Assembly (NCBI GenBank): GCA_012960105.1
Contig: DUBV01000051.1
Coordinates: 15,898-79,897, forward strand
Source: Thiotrichaceae bacterium
Lineage (GTDB): Bacteria; Pseudomonadota; Gammaproteobacteria; Eutrophobiales; Eutrophobiaceae
DNA: 64,000 nucleotides
Direction of reading: 5' to 3'
The position numbers were made by a program, and so were the translations under genes. The notes beneath the pieces were generated by a model. The model ran no database searches. It was not told the origin of the DNA and saw only the letters and a program-made list of their open reading frames with translations. Numbering within the stretch: position 1 is the first letter of the stretch; each line of letters begins with the position of its first letter. Positions 32,040 through 41,473 of the stretch are shown here, in pieces.

Positions 32040-32340
32040 GTATATCTTTTATGCACGACTGCATGGATGCAGGAGATAGAGCGACACAGGAGTCAAAGCC
32101 GAGGAGTACACAAAAGATGATGTCCTTGGATGGACTGTCATGATTATTGTTCCTAACTAATCATAAGTGCCTGCGTCCATGCAGGCAATGTAGTGAGAGG
32201 ACACGACTGCATGGAAGCAGGAGTTAGAACAATGTCGGGAACATTTGCCGGGGAGTCCGAAGCAACGATGACCACAGGGAAGTAGGCGGTAGACACCAAC
32301 TGTAGGCACTTCAGACGGCGTCGGAAACAAGCTGTCGAAA
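32040..32340 (+). ncRNA. Candidate structured non-coding RNA, GGA-motif-rich (CsrB/RsmY/RsmZ-like CsrA-titrating sRNA candidate)
   Basis: GC-rich patch in an AT-rich genome with no credible ORF. At least 12 GGA triplets lie on the + strand in about 260 nt, several in hairpin loops (ctgca-UGGA-ugcag) and CAGGAG/ACAGGAG contexts. Boundaries are approximate and no clear 3' terminator was found. Confidence 0.35.
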
Positions 32341-32426
32341 ATGCTAAGTCACACTGGATAATTAAATAAAGTAGCGAATTTAATAAAAGATAAAAATCTA
32401 AGCAGTAGACACCAGTTGTAAGCACG
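32053..32426. repeat. Local imperfect direct and inverted repeats of palindromic motifs
   Basis: cacgactgcatggatgcaggag (32053-32074) is repeated as cacgactgcatggaagcaggag (32203-32224). An inverted copy, cctgcgtccatgcagg, lies at 32170-32185. gtagacaccaactgtaggcac (32289-32309) is repeated as gtagacaccagttgtaagcac (32406-32426). Confidence 0.7.
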
Positions 32427-32515
32427 TAAAAGTAAAACGACGGTTGTCGATAAGAGATGAAGTTACAGGATATTTAATAAAGTAATTCTTAATAAGAGAA
32501 GAACTTCAAATACTT

Positions 32516-33760
32516 TTATTTCTTCAAATCAGAATCCATACGTAACTGTAAATTAACTTTCTCTGCCTGAGTAAGTTCTTTATTCAATTTTTCAGCTACT
32601 TTTGCCTGTAGGTCATCATTTAATTTTTTGGTCGCTTTTGAATGTAGGGCATCACTTAGTTCTCCATCCACTTTAACCTGAAGACTTTCAGTTAGTTTCC
32701 CGATCACTTTTACCTGAGACTTATGGCTTGATTTTTTAGCCACTTTTAGCGGAGACTTCTGAGTTTCTTTTTTAACCGTTTTTACCTGAGCATTATCAAT
32801 AAATACGTCATCCAATTTTGCTTGTATAACTTCAGGGATATACATACCTATCGCAACAGGCAGTCCACTAGGACTATTGATTGCTCCATATGCTGCTGAC
32901 CAATCTAGTTCATAATTTTGTCCTTTTGACAGATCAATAATCAAGCTAATCACACTGGTTAAATTATTCTCATATTGCTCTGAATCTTCGACCATAAAAG
33001 GATGGGCTTCAATATAGATAACGCTATTTTTCACTCCGATTTTATAAGGCTGATTAATAATATTGACGGGCGTTTTAATCGCAACTTCGGCAAAAAGCGC
33101 TTCGATATCTTCAGGATATAAACGTATACAGCCATGGCTTATACGCATACCTAAGCCATAAGGCTTATTTGTTCCATGAATCAGATAGTCCGGCCGACCT
33201 AAACGCATTGCAAAAAAACCTAATGGGTTATCTGGTCCTGACATCACTACTTTTGGAAGAGGATCACCCTTTTCTTCATGCTCTTTTCTAATCGATGCAG
33301 GCGGGTACCAATTAGGATTTTCTTTTTTCTCAGCAATGTAGGTTTTTATATAAGGTGTATTCCAACCTTCACGACCAACACCAAGAGGATAAGTAAGAAC
33401 CTCTTGCGGTTTTCCCTTTTCTTTCGGCAAATAATAATACAAGCGCATTTCAGGGATATTTAGGACAATACCTTCCTGAGGAGCAACCGGTAAAATGAAT
33501 TGCCCCGGTAAAATTACTTCCTGCCCTTCTCCTGGTAACCAAGTATCAACGTCAGGGTTAATCAGCTTCATATCTTGATAACCAAAACCATGTCGGCGAG
33601 CGATATCAAGCAGGGTATCGCGCTCATCCGCCAAAATAATTTTCGTTTCGCCAATAACGGTGTCTTTTGTACTACTCAAGACATAACGATTCGCATACGC
33701 ATTCGAAATACTACATAGCGCAAGAAAGATTAAGCTTAGGGATTTAACTGTTATTTTCAT
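32516..33760 (-). CDS. L,D-transpeptidase (LysM + YkuD domains) with C-terminal repeat/coiled-coil extension
   Basis: 414 aa with signal peptide. LysM-like segment (DTLLDIARRHGFGYQDMKLINP), YkuD catalytic region (HGTNKPYGLGMRISHGCIRL, catalytic Cys). The C-terminal ~70 aa consist of repeated LQ[AV]KV..KKLN units. Confidence 0.8.
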   Translation of the reverse strand: MKITVKSLSLIFLALCSISNAYANRYVLSSTKDTVIGETKIILADERDTLLDIARRHGFGYQDMKLINPDVDTWLPGEGQEVILPGQFILPVAPQEGIVLNIPEMRLYYYLPKEKGKPQEVLTYPLGVGREGWNTPYIKTYIAEKKENPNWYPPASIRKEHEEKGDPLPKVVMSGPDNPLGFFAMRLGRPDYLIHGTNKPYGLGMRISHGCIRLYPEDIEALFAEVAIKTPVNIINQPYKIGVKNSVIYIEAHPFMVEDSEQYENNLTSVISLIIDLSKGQNYELDWSAAYGAINSPSGLPVAIGMYIPEVIQAKLDDVFIDNAQVKTVKKETQKSPLKVAKKSSHKSQVKVIGKLTESLQVKVDGELSDALHSKATKKLNDDLQAKVAEKLNKELTQAEKVNLQLRMDSDLKK

Positions 33761-33886
33761 AAAAAAGACTGTGTTTCTGTATTCTTATATTCATTCTTTT
33801 ATTTTTTCATATTAATAGAATCAGCTGCAATAGAAAAATCATTAATTGCGAACTGTTTCCTTAATATAGTCCTATTTAATTATATC

Positions 33887-36800
33887 CTAGGCAGTTGCAA
33901 GTCTTTTAGACTCACCAATACGCAACAAACTAGGCAATAATATTAATGTAAAAAAGGTACTCACCAACATACCCCCGACTATGACTCCAGCTAAACCTCG
34001 ATATAGTTCAGTTCCTGCACCAGAAATCAATAATAACGGCAACATACCGAAAATACTGGTTAGGGTACTCATCATTATAGGCCGTAAACGCAACAATATG
34101 GCTTCCTCTACCGCATCTTTTCGTGAAAGCCCTTCTCTCTCGGCCACCCTAGCCTGATGCACCAGTAAAATAGCATTATTTACCACCAAACCAAGTAAAA
34201 TAATAAAACCAATCATGGTTAATAAATCCATCGTCTGAAAACTGACCAGATTGATTAAATATAATGCCAGTACACCGCCAAAGGTAGCTAGTGGAATTGA
34301 TAACATGACTAACAGGCTATCTTTAAATGAACGAAACATCGCACTCATCAATAAATAGAGAATGGTAATTGCTAATAAAAAACTACCAATCATATTACTC
34401 AATGCCGTTGTTAGCTTATCCGCCGTTCCTCCATATTGAATATCACCATCTTCAGGTAATAATTCAAGTATTTGAGGTTCGATATCATTCTTAATAATTT
34501 CTAATGCTTCCTCCAGAGATACCGTTGCTGGCGGCGATACTTCAAGCGTTACCGTTCTTCTGCGATTAATACGTCTGATTTCTTCTGGCCCAGCAGTACG
34601 AACAACATCAACTAGTTCACTTAAAGGCAGTACTCCGGCATTCGCTGTCATTACCGGTGTCCCTTCTAATTCTTCCGGCGTATTCCAATGTTTCGCGCGC
34701 AAAATAATATCCAGTGTTTCTTCGCCATTAAAATAATCACCAATAAAACGACCGTCACCCAATGTTTGTGCAAATGCGGCAACGATAGAACGGTCCCAAC
34801 CTGCTTCGGATATACGCCGCTCATTAGGTATTAACCTCAATTCCGGTTGTGCTAGTTCAAGCCCGGGACGAGGACGCGTATTTGGATATATTGCAGCAAT
34901 TGGAATATAAGCCTGTAATGCCGCATCCATTAATTTTGATAAATCTTTCGATTGAATATTGATATCAATAGTACGCCCCGAACCAAAACCACGAAATAAT
35001 GATGCCTGTTTAGCAAAAGCTAATGTATCGGGGAAACCTTGCACGACTGAATTAATCAACGGCACTAGTCTTTTTACATCCTCATTCTTTTCAGCACGTG
35101 CGCCCATAAACACACCTCTGGAAAAAGCCACGAAAAAATAATGTTTAATATGTGGCTCGACTTCACCATCTACATGCGGTTGCATACGACTTGCGACAAT
35201 CTGGCCCATTTCTTTTTCGATGGTTTCGATATTCGTGCCCGGTGGCGGCAATATAAATGCGAAAGCTAAATTCTGATTTCCATCTGGCAAATAATCTGCC
35301 TTCGGTTTCAATATCATCATCACCGCTATAGGAATAGAAATTAATATTACTATCCATAAAGCACGACGAATAGGTGTATTCGTTAACGTCATAATAAAAT
35401 GACAAAGTACTTTCCATAATTTGCTATAAGGATCAACAAATGTTTTTCGAGATAAAAATGTTTTCGCCGCAGTCGGCACAACGGTTATTGCAGTTATTAA
35501 TGAAATCGCAATGGCAGCAGTGATGGTTATAGCAAGATCAGAAAATAATTGACCCACTTCATCTCGAAGAAAAACTATCGGCAAAAAAATAGCAATCGTC
35601 GTTACAGTTGATGCGAGTAACGCACCCCATACCTGACTTGTGCCTTGCATTGATGCATCTTCTGCAGACAAACCTTTTTCACGTAAGCGCACTATATTTT
35701 CAAGAATAACTATGGAAGCATCGAGCACCATGCCCGCAGAAAAGGCAAGCCCTGCAAGAGAAATGATATTCAGAGTGCGCCCCGTCATATCCATAACACT
35801 AAAGCTGGCAATTAAGCAGATGGGAATTGATGCAGCAACGACTAAAGTAGCAGGGAATTTCAATAAGAATAAAAACAGTATGCCTATTGCAAGCGCCACA
35901 CCCAAAGCCAGATTACTCCGCAACATTTTTATAGAACGATGAATATAAATAGTTTCATCATAAACTTGCTCTATCGATAAATTAGCGCGCTTTAATGGGC
36001 CGGTATTTAATTCATCCAGGGCTTCATGCAAACCAGACATGACTTCGAGCACGTTAACGCCGGTTTCACGTTGCGCGTTTATCGCTATGGATGTCGAGCC
36101 TTTCGTTAATACAAAACTATTTTTATCGGTAAGACGTTCTTCAATAGTAGCAACGTCTCGCAAATAGATAGGCCTGCCATCACGCCATTCCAGAATCATT
36201 TCACCAAGATCAGTCGCCGCATATTTCCCGGCAAAACGAATACTGTATTCACGCTTACCTACATCAGCAAAACCGGCCGATATATCTTTACTGGTACCCG
36301 CCAGTTTCATTACTTTATCAAGTTGTATGCCGAGGTTAGCGACTTTGTAAGGGTCAAAGGTAATACGTAATTCCTTATCGCTACCGCCGTATATAGCCGC
36401 ACGAGCTACGCCAGGAACACGTTCGAACCTTGACTGCACAACTTCCTCAACAAAGTCTTTATAAGACTCGATTGGTCTTTCGTTACCGTCATCTGTTTTA
36501 ATAATGAACCAACCAATAGCACGTGCATCCTGACCTACGCTACTTATGGATGGTTCATCCGCATCGTCCGGATAATCCGGCACTTGATTTAAACGATTCA
36601 TCACTTCAACTAATGCTCGTCGCATATCCATTTCAACATTAAAAGTCAGGTTTATTTCACCTCGACCTTCAAATGCATTAGCGCGAATTTCAGTTAAACC
36701 AGGCAGGCCTCTTAATACATCTTCTTGTGGTTCAATAATTTCTGCTTCAACTTCGTTTGGCGCGGCGGCACGCCAAGCAGTTGCAATGGTGATTTCGGGT

Positions 36801-36925
36801 TCTTCTAACTCAGGCGTTAGCTGAATAGGTAGTCGCGATAAACTGATCGTACCGAAGATGACTAAAAGAATAATCGCTACAAGTACCGCAACCGGATTAT
36901 CCATGCTTGAACGCGTTATATTCAC
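33887..36925 (-). CDS. RND family efflux transporter permease (AcrB/HAE1-like)
   Basis: 1012 aa, 12-TM architecture with two large periplasmic loops. Characteristic AcrB-family N-terminus (PVAVLVAIILLVIFGTISLSRLPIQLTPE). Confidence 0.85.
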   Translation of the reverse strand: MNITRSSMDNPVAVLVAIILLVIFGTISLSRLPIQLTPELEEPEITIATAWRAAAPNEVEAEIIEPQEDVLRGLPGLTEIRANAFEGRGEINLTFNVEMDMRRALVEVMNRLNQVPDYPDDADEPSISSVGQDARAIGWFIIKTDDGNERPIESYKDFVEEVVQSRFERVPGVARAAIYGGSDKELRITFDPYKVANLGIQLDKVMKLAGTSKDISAGFADVGKREYSIRFAGKYAATDLGEMILEWRDGRPIYLRDVATIEERLTDKNSFVLTKGSTSIAINAQRETGVNVLEVMSGLHEALDELNTGPLKRANLSIEQVYDETIYIHRSIKMLRSNLALGVALAIGILFLFLLKFPATLVVAASIPICLIASFSVMDMTGRTLNIISLAGLAFSAGMVLDASIVILENIVRLREKGLSAEDASMQGTSQVWGALLASTVTTIAIFLPIVFLRDEVGQLFSDLAITITAAIAISLITAITVVPTAAKTFLSRKTFVDPYSKLWKVLCHFIMTLTNTPIRRALWIVILISIPIAVMMILKPKADYLPDGNQNLAFAFILPPPGTNIETIEKEMGQIVASRMQPHVDGEVEPHIKHYFFVAFSRGVFMGARAEKNEDVKRLVPLINSVVQGFPDTLAFAKQASLFRGFGSGRTIDINIQSKDLSKLMDAALQAYIPIAAIYPNTRPRPGLELAQPELRLIPNERRISEAGWDRSIVAAFAQTLGDGRFIGDYFNGEETLDIILRAKHWNTPEELEGTPVMTANAGVLPLSELVDVVRTAGPEEIRRINRRRTVTLEVSPPATVSLEEALEIIKNDIEPQILELLPEDGDIQYGGTADKLTTALSNMIGSFLLAITILYLLMSAMFRSFKDSLLVMLSIPLATFGGVLALYLINLVSFQTMDLLTMIGFIILLGLVVNNAILLVHQARVAEREGLSRKDAVEEAILLRLRPIMMSTLTSIFGMLPLLLISGAGTELYRGLAGVIVGGMLVSTFFTLILLPSLLRIGESKRLATA

Positions 36926-36928
36926 TTA

Positions 36929-38026
36929 TTATTTTTTTCCATTAATACTGCTAATTACTTGCACCTTTTGTCCGGGACGTAATCGTTCATTACCACGAAC
37001 GACTATTTTATCATTTTCGTTTACATCACCTATAACCTGAATATGCGTCGTATTAGCAACACCTGTTTTGACCGGAACAAGTTCAGCCTGATTCTCATTA
37101 TTTATTCGGTAAATAACGACGCCTGAACGACGTATGACGAGAGCATCACGAGGAACGGCAATAACCTTTTGATTCTTATTCACCGGAGTCGCTACTTGCA
37201 CGGCAGTTCCTACCGACCAGTCTTCCCTATTGAACTCTATTCGCATTTCATGCAACCTTGAAACATCGTCACCAACAGGAATAACTGTTCTAACAATGCC
37301 ACCAACTTCAGATTCAGGTCCTGCAATAGTTAGTGTGTCCCCTGCTTTTATATGTGCAAATGATTTTTGCTGAATTCGAAGCTGAATCTCAAGCTTATCT
37401 GTATTAATTAAACGCACTATTTGTTCGCCCGTATCTACCCTTTCACCTGCCGCCTTAAAACGTTCTACAATGACACCAGAAAAAGGAGCCCGTACTATCG
37501 TGCGATTTAGATCATCATCTGCCATTGCTAGTTTTGCTTTTACTATTCCGATTCTAGCGAGCGCTTCATCACGATTTGCCTGTGTTTGATCAAGTTGATT
37601 TCTGGCGGCATTATTATTCTTGGCTAATTTTCCCAGTCTTTCCGCTTCGAGATGATGAAATTCAACCATAGCCTCAATAGGGGCAATTGCAGCTTTAATT
37701 TCATCTCTAATAAGTCGATAGGTTTTATCATCAACTTTCGCGATAACATCATTTTTATTAACCCTGTCACCAACTTCGAGAACATTGTTTAATACACCTT
37801 CGACTTCAGCAGCAATTTTTGAATCAAATCGACCGATTACAGTTCCAGATACCCATATGAAGGGAGCAATTTCTATATCGATAGCACCTTCAACCTGCAC
37901 AATTGCTGGTGGAGGACCGCCCGCAAACACTGATGTAGTAAAAGCAGCCAGACAAAGTACAAAAAGGCTGGATATTTTGTTTATCATATTATTCTTGTTT
38001 TCCAGAAGACTAAGGTAATATTCCAT
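36929..38026 (-). CDS. RND efflux periplasmic adaptor (membrane fusion protein, HlyD/AcrA family)
   Basis: 365 aa with signal/anchor, coiled-coil hairpin and beta-barrel domains. Stop lies 4 nt from the start of the RND permease. Confidence 0.8.
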   Translation of the reverse strand: MEYYLSLLENKNNMINKISSLFVLCLAAFTTSVFAGGPPPAIVQVEGAIDIEIAPFIWVSGTVIGRFDSKIAAEVEGVLNNVLEVGDRVNKNDVIAKVDDKTYRLIRDEIKAAIAPIEAMVEFHHLEAERLGKLAKNNNAARNQLDQTQANRDEALARIGIVKAKLAMADDDLNRTIVRAPFSGVIVERFKAAGERVDTGEQIVRLINTDKLEIQLRIQQKSFAHIKAGDTLTIAGPESEVGGIVRTVIPVGDDVSRLHEMRIEFNREDWSVGTAVQVATPVNKNQKVIAVPRDALVIRRSGVVIYRINNENQAELVPVKTGVANTTHIQVIGDVNENDKIVVRGNERLRPGQKVQVISSINGKK

Positions 38027-38031
38027 ATTAT

Positions 38032-39078
38032 ATGATTATAATATTTTCAAATAATTCACAGCATTATATGATGTTATTCAAGTATTGGGACAGAAATTTT
38101 CTCTTGTTTCTCTGTCTAGTCTATTCCAGTTTTCTTACTGCGGAACAATCTATCGGCAATCCGCTAACTTTAACTCCAACGCAATTACAACATTATGAAC
38201 AAAATAATTTTAAAATTTTAGGGGCAATTCAAATTGATTCTAATGCAGACCCCGATTATCGATTAATAGAGCTTTCCGGCATAGCCTGGGATCAAGATCA
38301 AGAAGAATTAATTATCCTGTCCGACCGTGGTTTTATTATTCATACGAAACCACTATTCAACAAAGCTGAGTTAATCGATGTTGAATTACTTTCTTATCAT
38401 AAACTTAAAGATACTAGAGATAAAAAATTAAAATATTCTTATAGCGACAGTGAAGGACTAGCGTTAATAAACTCAAACAACAATATTAAAAATGATACTG
38501 AGTTATTAATTAGCTTCGAACGCAAACCTCGCGTGATTCGTTACACTGGCAAAGGAAAATTTGTTTCGAATGAAATCCTGCCTAATATTCTGAAAGGCAT
38601 TAATAACTATGCAGCAGCAAACAAAGCTCTGGAAGCGATTACCGTACATAAGCAATTTAATATTATTACTGGGCCCGAACGACCTTTAGACAAGAATGGT
38701 AATGTATTATCACTGCATAATTTAAACGATAAAGAATGGCCTATCGAAGCTAATAATGACCACTATGGTTCTCTAGTTGGCCTTACTACTTTGCCAAATA
38801 ATAAAATAATTGCATTGGAAAGAAGTTTCCCTAGTGTATTTGCTGGCATCACCAATGTCATACATTTAATTACACTGGAAGAAAATTCACTGAGACAAGA
38901 AGTTTTACTCAAGCTAAAACCTATCGACGGTTATTTCAACGAAAATTTTGAGGGTATTACTTGGCACGAGAAAAATCGTTTTTTTATGATCAGTGATGAT
39001 AACGATAATATTTTTCAACGCACCATATTAATTTACTTTGAAATTCCTGGTCTGAAAACTTCAGGGAACGAACAGTAA
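38032..39078 (+). CDS. Secreted phytase-like esterase family protein (PF13449-like)
   Basis: 348 aa. The likely signal peptide starts at an internal Met (MMLFKYWDRNFLLFLCLVYSSFLTA). LSGIAWDQDQEELIILSDRGFIIH is typical of the esterase-like phytase family. Confidence 0.5.
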   Translation: MIIIFSNNSQHYMMLFKYWDRNFLLFLCLVYSSFLTAEQSIGNPLTLTPTQLQHYEQNNFKILGAIQIDSNADPDYRLIELSGIAWDQDQEELIILSDRGFIIHTKPLFNKAELIDVELLSYHKLKDTRDKKLKYSYSDSEGLALINSNNNIKNDTELLISFERKPRVIRYTGKGKFVSNEILPNILKGINNYAAANKALEAITVHKQFNIITGPERPLDKNGNVLSLHNLNDKEWPIEANNDHYGSLVGLTTLPNNKIIALERSFPSVFAGITNVIHLITLEENSLRQEVLLKLKPIDGYFNENFEGITWHEKNRFFMISDDNDNIFQRTILIYFEIPGLKTSGNEQ

Positions 39079-39081
39079 TAA

Positions 39082-39612
39082 TTACTTCTCTCTTAGTCTC
39101 GGCATCAACTCAACTAAATTACATGGACGAGTTCGATAATCCAATTGTAAGCGTATCAATTCATCCCAAGCCGTAGCACACGCGCCCATAGAACCCGGCA
39201 TGCTAAATATATAGGTTCCATTAGCAACGCCAGCGATAGCACGAGATTGTATGGTTGATGTTTTAATCTGTTGGTAAGATATTGCGCGGAAGGTTTCTCC
39301 AAAACCATCAATTGTTTTATCAAAAAGAATACTTACTGCTTCTGGCGTACCGTCTCTACCTGTCACACCGGTTCCACCTGTCGTTAAAACAACCTGCACT
39401 TCTTCATTGGCGATCCATTTAGAGACTTCTGCGCGAATCTGATAAATATCATCTGGTACAATTTTCTTTTCATAAAGCATGTGACATTGTTGTTCCAGCA
39501 AATCAACTAAACGCTTGCCTGACTTATCCGTTTCTTCATTTCTTGAGTCAGAAACAGTCAAAACAGCAATATTGAGAGGAATAAACTCTCTTTCATTTTT
39601 ATTTTCAGTCAT
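39082..39612 (-). CDS. mogA: Molybdenum cofactor biosynthesis protein MogA/MoaB family
   Basis: 176 aa with GGTG motif (VLTTGGTGVTGRDGTPEAV) and the C-terminal MogA/MoaB fold. Confidence 0.75.
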   Translation of the reverse strand: MTENKNEREFIPLNIAVLTVSDSRNEETDKSGKRLVDLLEQQCHMLYEKKIVPDDIYQIRAEVSKWIANEEVQVVLTTGGTGVTGRDGTPEAVSILFDKTIDGFGETFRAISYQQIKTSTIQSRAIAGVANGTYIFSMPGSMGACATAWDELIRLQLDYRTRPCNLVELMPRLREK

Positions 39613-39688
39613 AATCTTTATTCCAAATAATTAGATCTAATGATAATGCAGGAAATTGAGATTGGCTAGGACAGGCACACTTTACACA

Positions 39689-40087
39689 ATGCGACTTGAT
39701 AAATGGCTTTGGTGTTCGCGTTTTTATAAAACGCGTGCTCAGGCAGCCGCCGCCATCAAGGGAAATAAAATACGCGTAAATGGCCTTCCCGTAAAAGCAG
39801 CAAAAATTGTTCGTGTTGATGATGAAATTAAATTAAAGAAAACACCTTATCAATACACCTTTACAATTCTTAAATTATCGAAGAATCGACTCTCCGCTAG
39901 CTTAGCTGCTCATCTTTACAAGGAAAACAAAGACAGTATTCAGGCAAGAGAAGAACTCAGCGTGCAGATTAAAGCTGAAAATGCGTCCTATCCGAGAACC
40001 ATAGGACGACCGACGAAACGTAATAGACGTGAAATCATTCGATTTACCCGGATTGTTAGAGAGGATGGCGAATCTAATAACAGCTAA
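39689..40087 (+). CDS. hslR: Ribosome-associated heat shock protein Hsp15 (S4 domain)
   Basis: MRLDKWLWCSRFYKTRAQAAAAIKGNKIRVNGLPVKAAKIV is an S4 RNA-binding domain with a basic C-terminal tail. The ORF track starts at 39656. The Met at 39689 matches Hsp15. Confidence 0.8.
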   Translation: MRLDKWLWCSRFYKTRAQAAAAIKGNKIRVNGLPVKAAKIVRVDDEIKLKKTPYQYTFTILKLSKNRLSASLAAHLYKENKDSIQAREELSVQIKAENASYPRTIGRPTKRNRREIIRFTRIVREDGESNNS

Positions 40088-41418
40088 ATGCTTATAAACC
40101 CCTGATTGCGTTCAATCAAATAATAGTAAATACCTAAAGTAACACCACGTATGGCAATAAATAACGTGAACGCCAACCATAAACCATGATTACCCAAGTA
40201 TTGAAACACGTACCAAAGCGGCAAAAAGAAAACAAAAGTACAAATCAACATCGAGTTTCTCATTTCAGGACCACGTGTTGCACCGATAAAAATACCGTCT
40301 AGTAAAAAGCACCAGACTGAAATCAAAGGCAAGACCACCATCCACGGCAAATAAAGCAAGGCAACTTCCCGAACAGGTTCAATATTAGTTAACAAATTAA
40401 TCATGCCTTCACCGAGCAACCAGTAAAACAGGGTAAAACACATGCCAAATACAAATGACCATTTTAACGTTAGCGATACCGCTTGATTAAACATATTTTT
40501 ATTTTTCTGCCCTATTGCTTTGCCGACCAAGGCCTCTGCTGCATGATTAAATCCATCTAGTGCTAAAGCCATTAATAGATAAAATTTCAGTAATATAGAA
40601 TTTGCAGCTAATACTAAATCACCTTGCTTCGCCCCTTCACGTGTAAAAAAAGCAAAAACAAAAATCAAACAAATTGTTCTAATAAAAATATCATGATTTA
40701 AACTTAAGAAATTTCGCAGTTTCTTAATGTTTAATATTTTTTCTAGCGACCACTCACCATATTGCCCTGATGGCTGCACGGACAATTGTTTATTAATAAC
40801 AATAAACGCCATCAACACGCCGCTATATTGAGAAATGACTGTTGCTAATGCCACACCACGTACATCCATATCCATATAAACAACAAAGACGACATCAAGA
40901 ATAATATTAATCACATTAACGACAATACCAATACGCAGCACCGCCATCGCATTTTGCATTCCTAGCAACCAACCATTGACAGAAAACAAAATCATTAACG
41001 CCGGCATACCCCAAATCAACCATTGGCAATATACCAAAGCATAATGTTTAACTTCCGAACTACCTTCTAAAAAAGAAAGACCAATATTAAAAACAGGTTT
41101 TTGAAACAGAAGAAATATAAATGCTATACCTAATCCAACAAGTATCGACTGCATTAAAATAGTACGCACTTCTGTCGCATCATTTTTGCCATGCGCTTGA
41201 GCAACAATACCTGTCGTGCCCATCCGCAAAAATCCCATGCCCCAATAAAGGAAATCAAATATTATCGTGCCCACAGCAACGCCACCTAAATAGACAGCGG
41301 TATCCAGATGCCCGATAACAGCCGTATCGACAAGACCTAATAAGGCCATGCTGATATTGCCAATGATCATTGGTCCGGCTAGCAGCCAGAATGCGCGATG
41401 TTGACTCTTATCCATCAT
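40084..41418 (-). CDS. MATE family efflux transporter
   Basis: 444 aa, 12 TM, DinF/NorM-like N-terminal motif (LLAGPMIIGNISMALLGLVDTAVIGHL). Confidence 0.8.
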   Translation of the reverse strand: MMDKSQHRAFWLLAGPMIIGNISMALLGLVDTAVIGHLDTAVYLGGVAVGTIIFDFLYWGMGFLRMGTTGIVAQAHGKNDATEVRTILMQSILVGLGIAFIFLLFQKPVFNIGLSFLEGSSEVKHYALVYCQWLIWGMPALMILFSVNGWLLGMQNAMAVLRIGIVVNVINIILDVVFVVYMDMDVRGVALATVISQYSGVLMAFIVINKQLSVQPSGQYGEWSLEKILNIKKLRNFLSLNHDIFIRTICLIFVFAFFTREGAKQGDLVLAANSILLKFYLLMALALDGFNHAAEALVGKAIGQKNKNMFNQAVSLTLKWSFVFGMCFTLFYWLLGEGMINLLTNIEPVREVALLYLPWMVVLPLISVWCFLLDGIFIGATRGPEMRNSMLICTFVFFLPLWYVFQYLGNHGLWLAFTLFIAIRGVTLGIYYYLIERNQGFISI

Positions 41419-41473
41419 AACGAAGTGAAGAATTAAAGAAGTTTTTATTCTATGGGTTTATTTGATCGGAGTA

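Noticed and set aside
32153-32425. 90-aa ORF on the minus strand inside the GC-rich repeat region
   Set aside because: It lies antisense to the GGA-rich element and has no RBS-like context. Its sequence is Cys/Leu-rich nonsense, and its frame is sustained simply by GC-richness. The small + strand ORFs (13, 8 and 17 codons) in the same region were likewise judged non-coding.
32040-32460. Identity of the GC-rich element as tmRNA, RNase P RNA, 6S RNA or SRP RNA
   Set aside because: I compared it by eye to the E. coli sequences of these RNAs. None of the universally conserved cores is present: tmRNA GGTTCGA...CCACCA end, RNase P GGAAAGUCCGGGCUCC and ACAGAACCCGGCUUA, SRP AGGUCAGGUCCGGAAGGAAGCAGCC.
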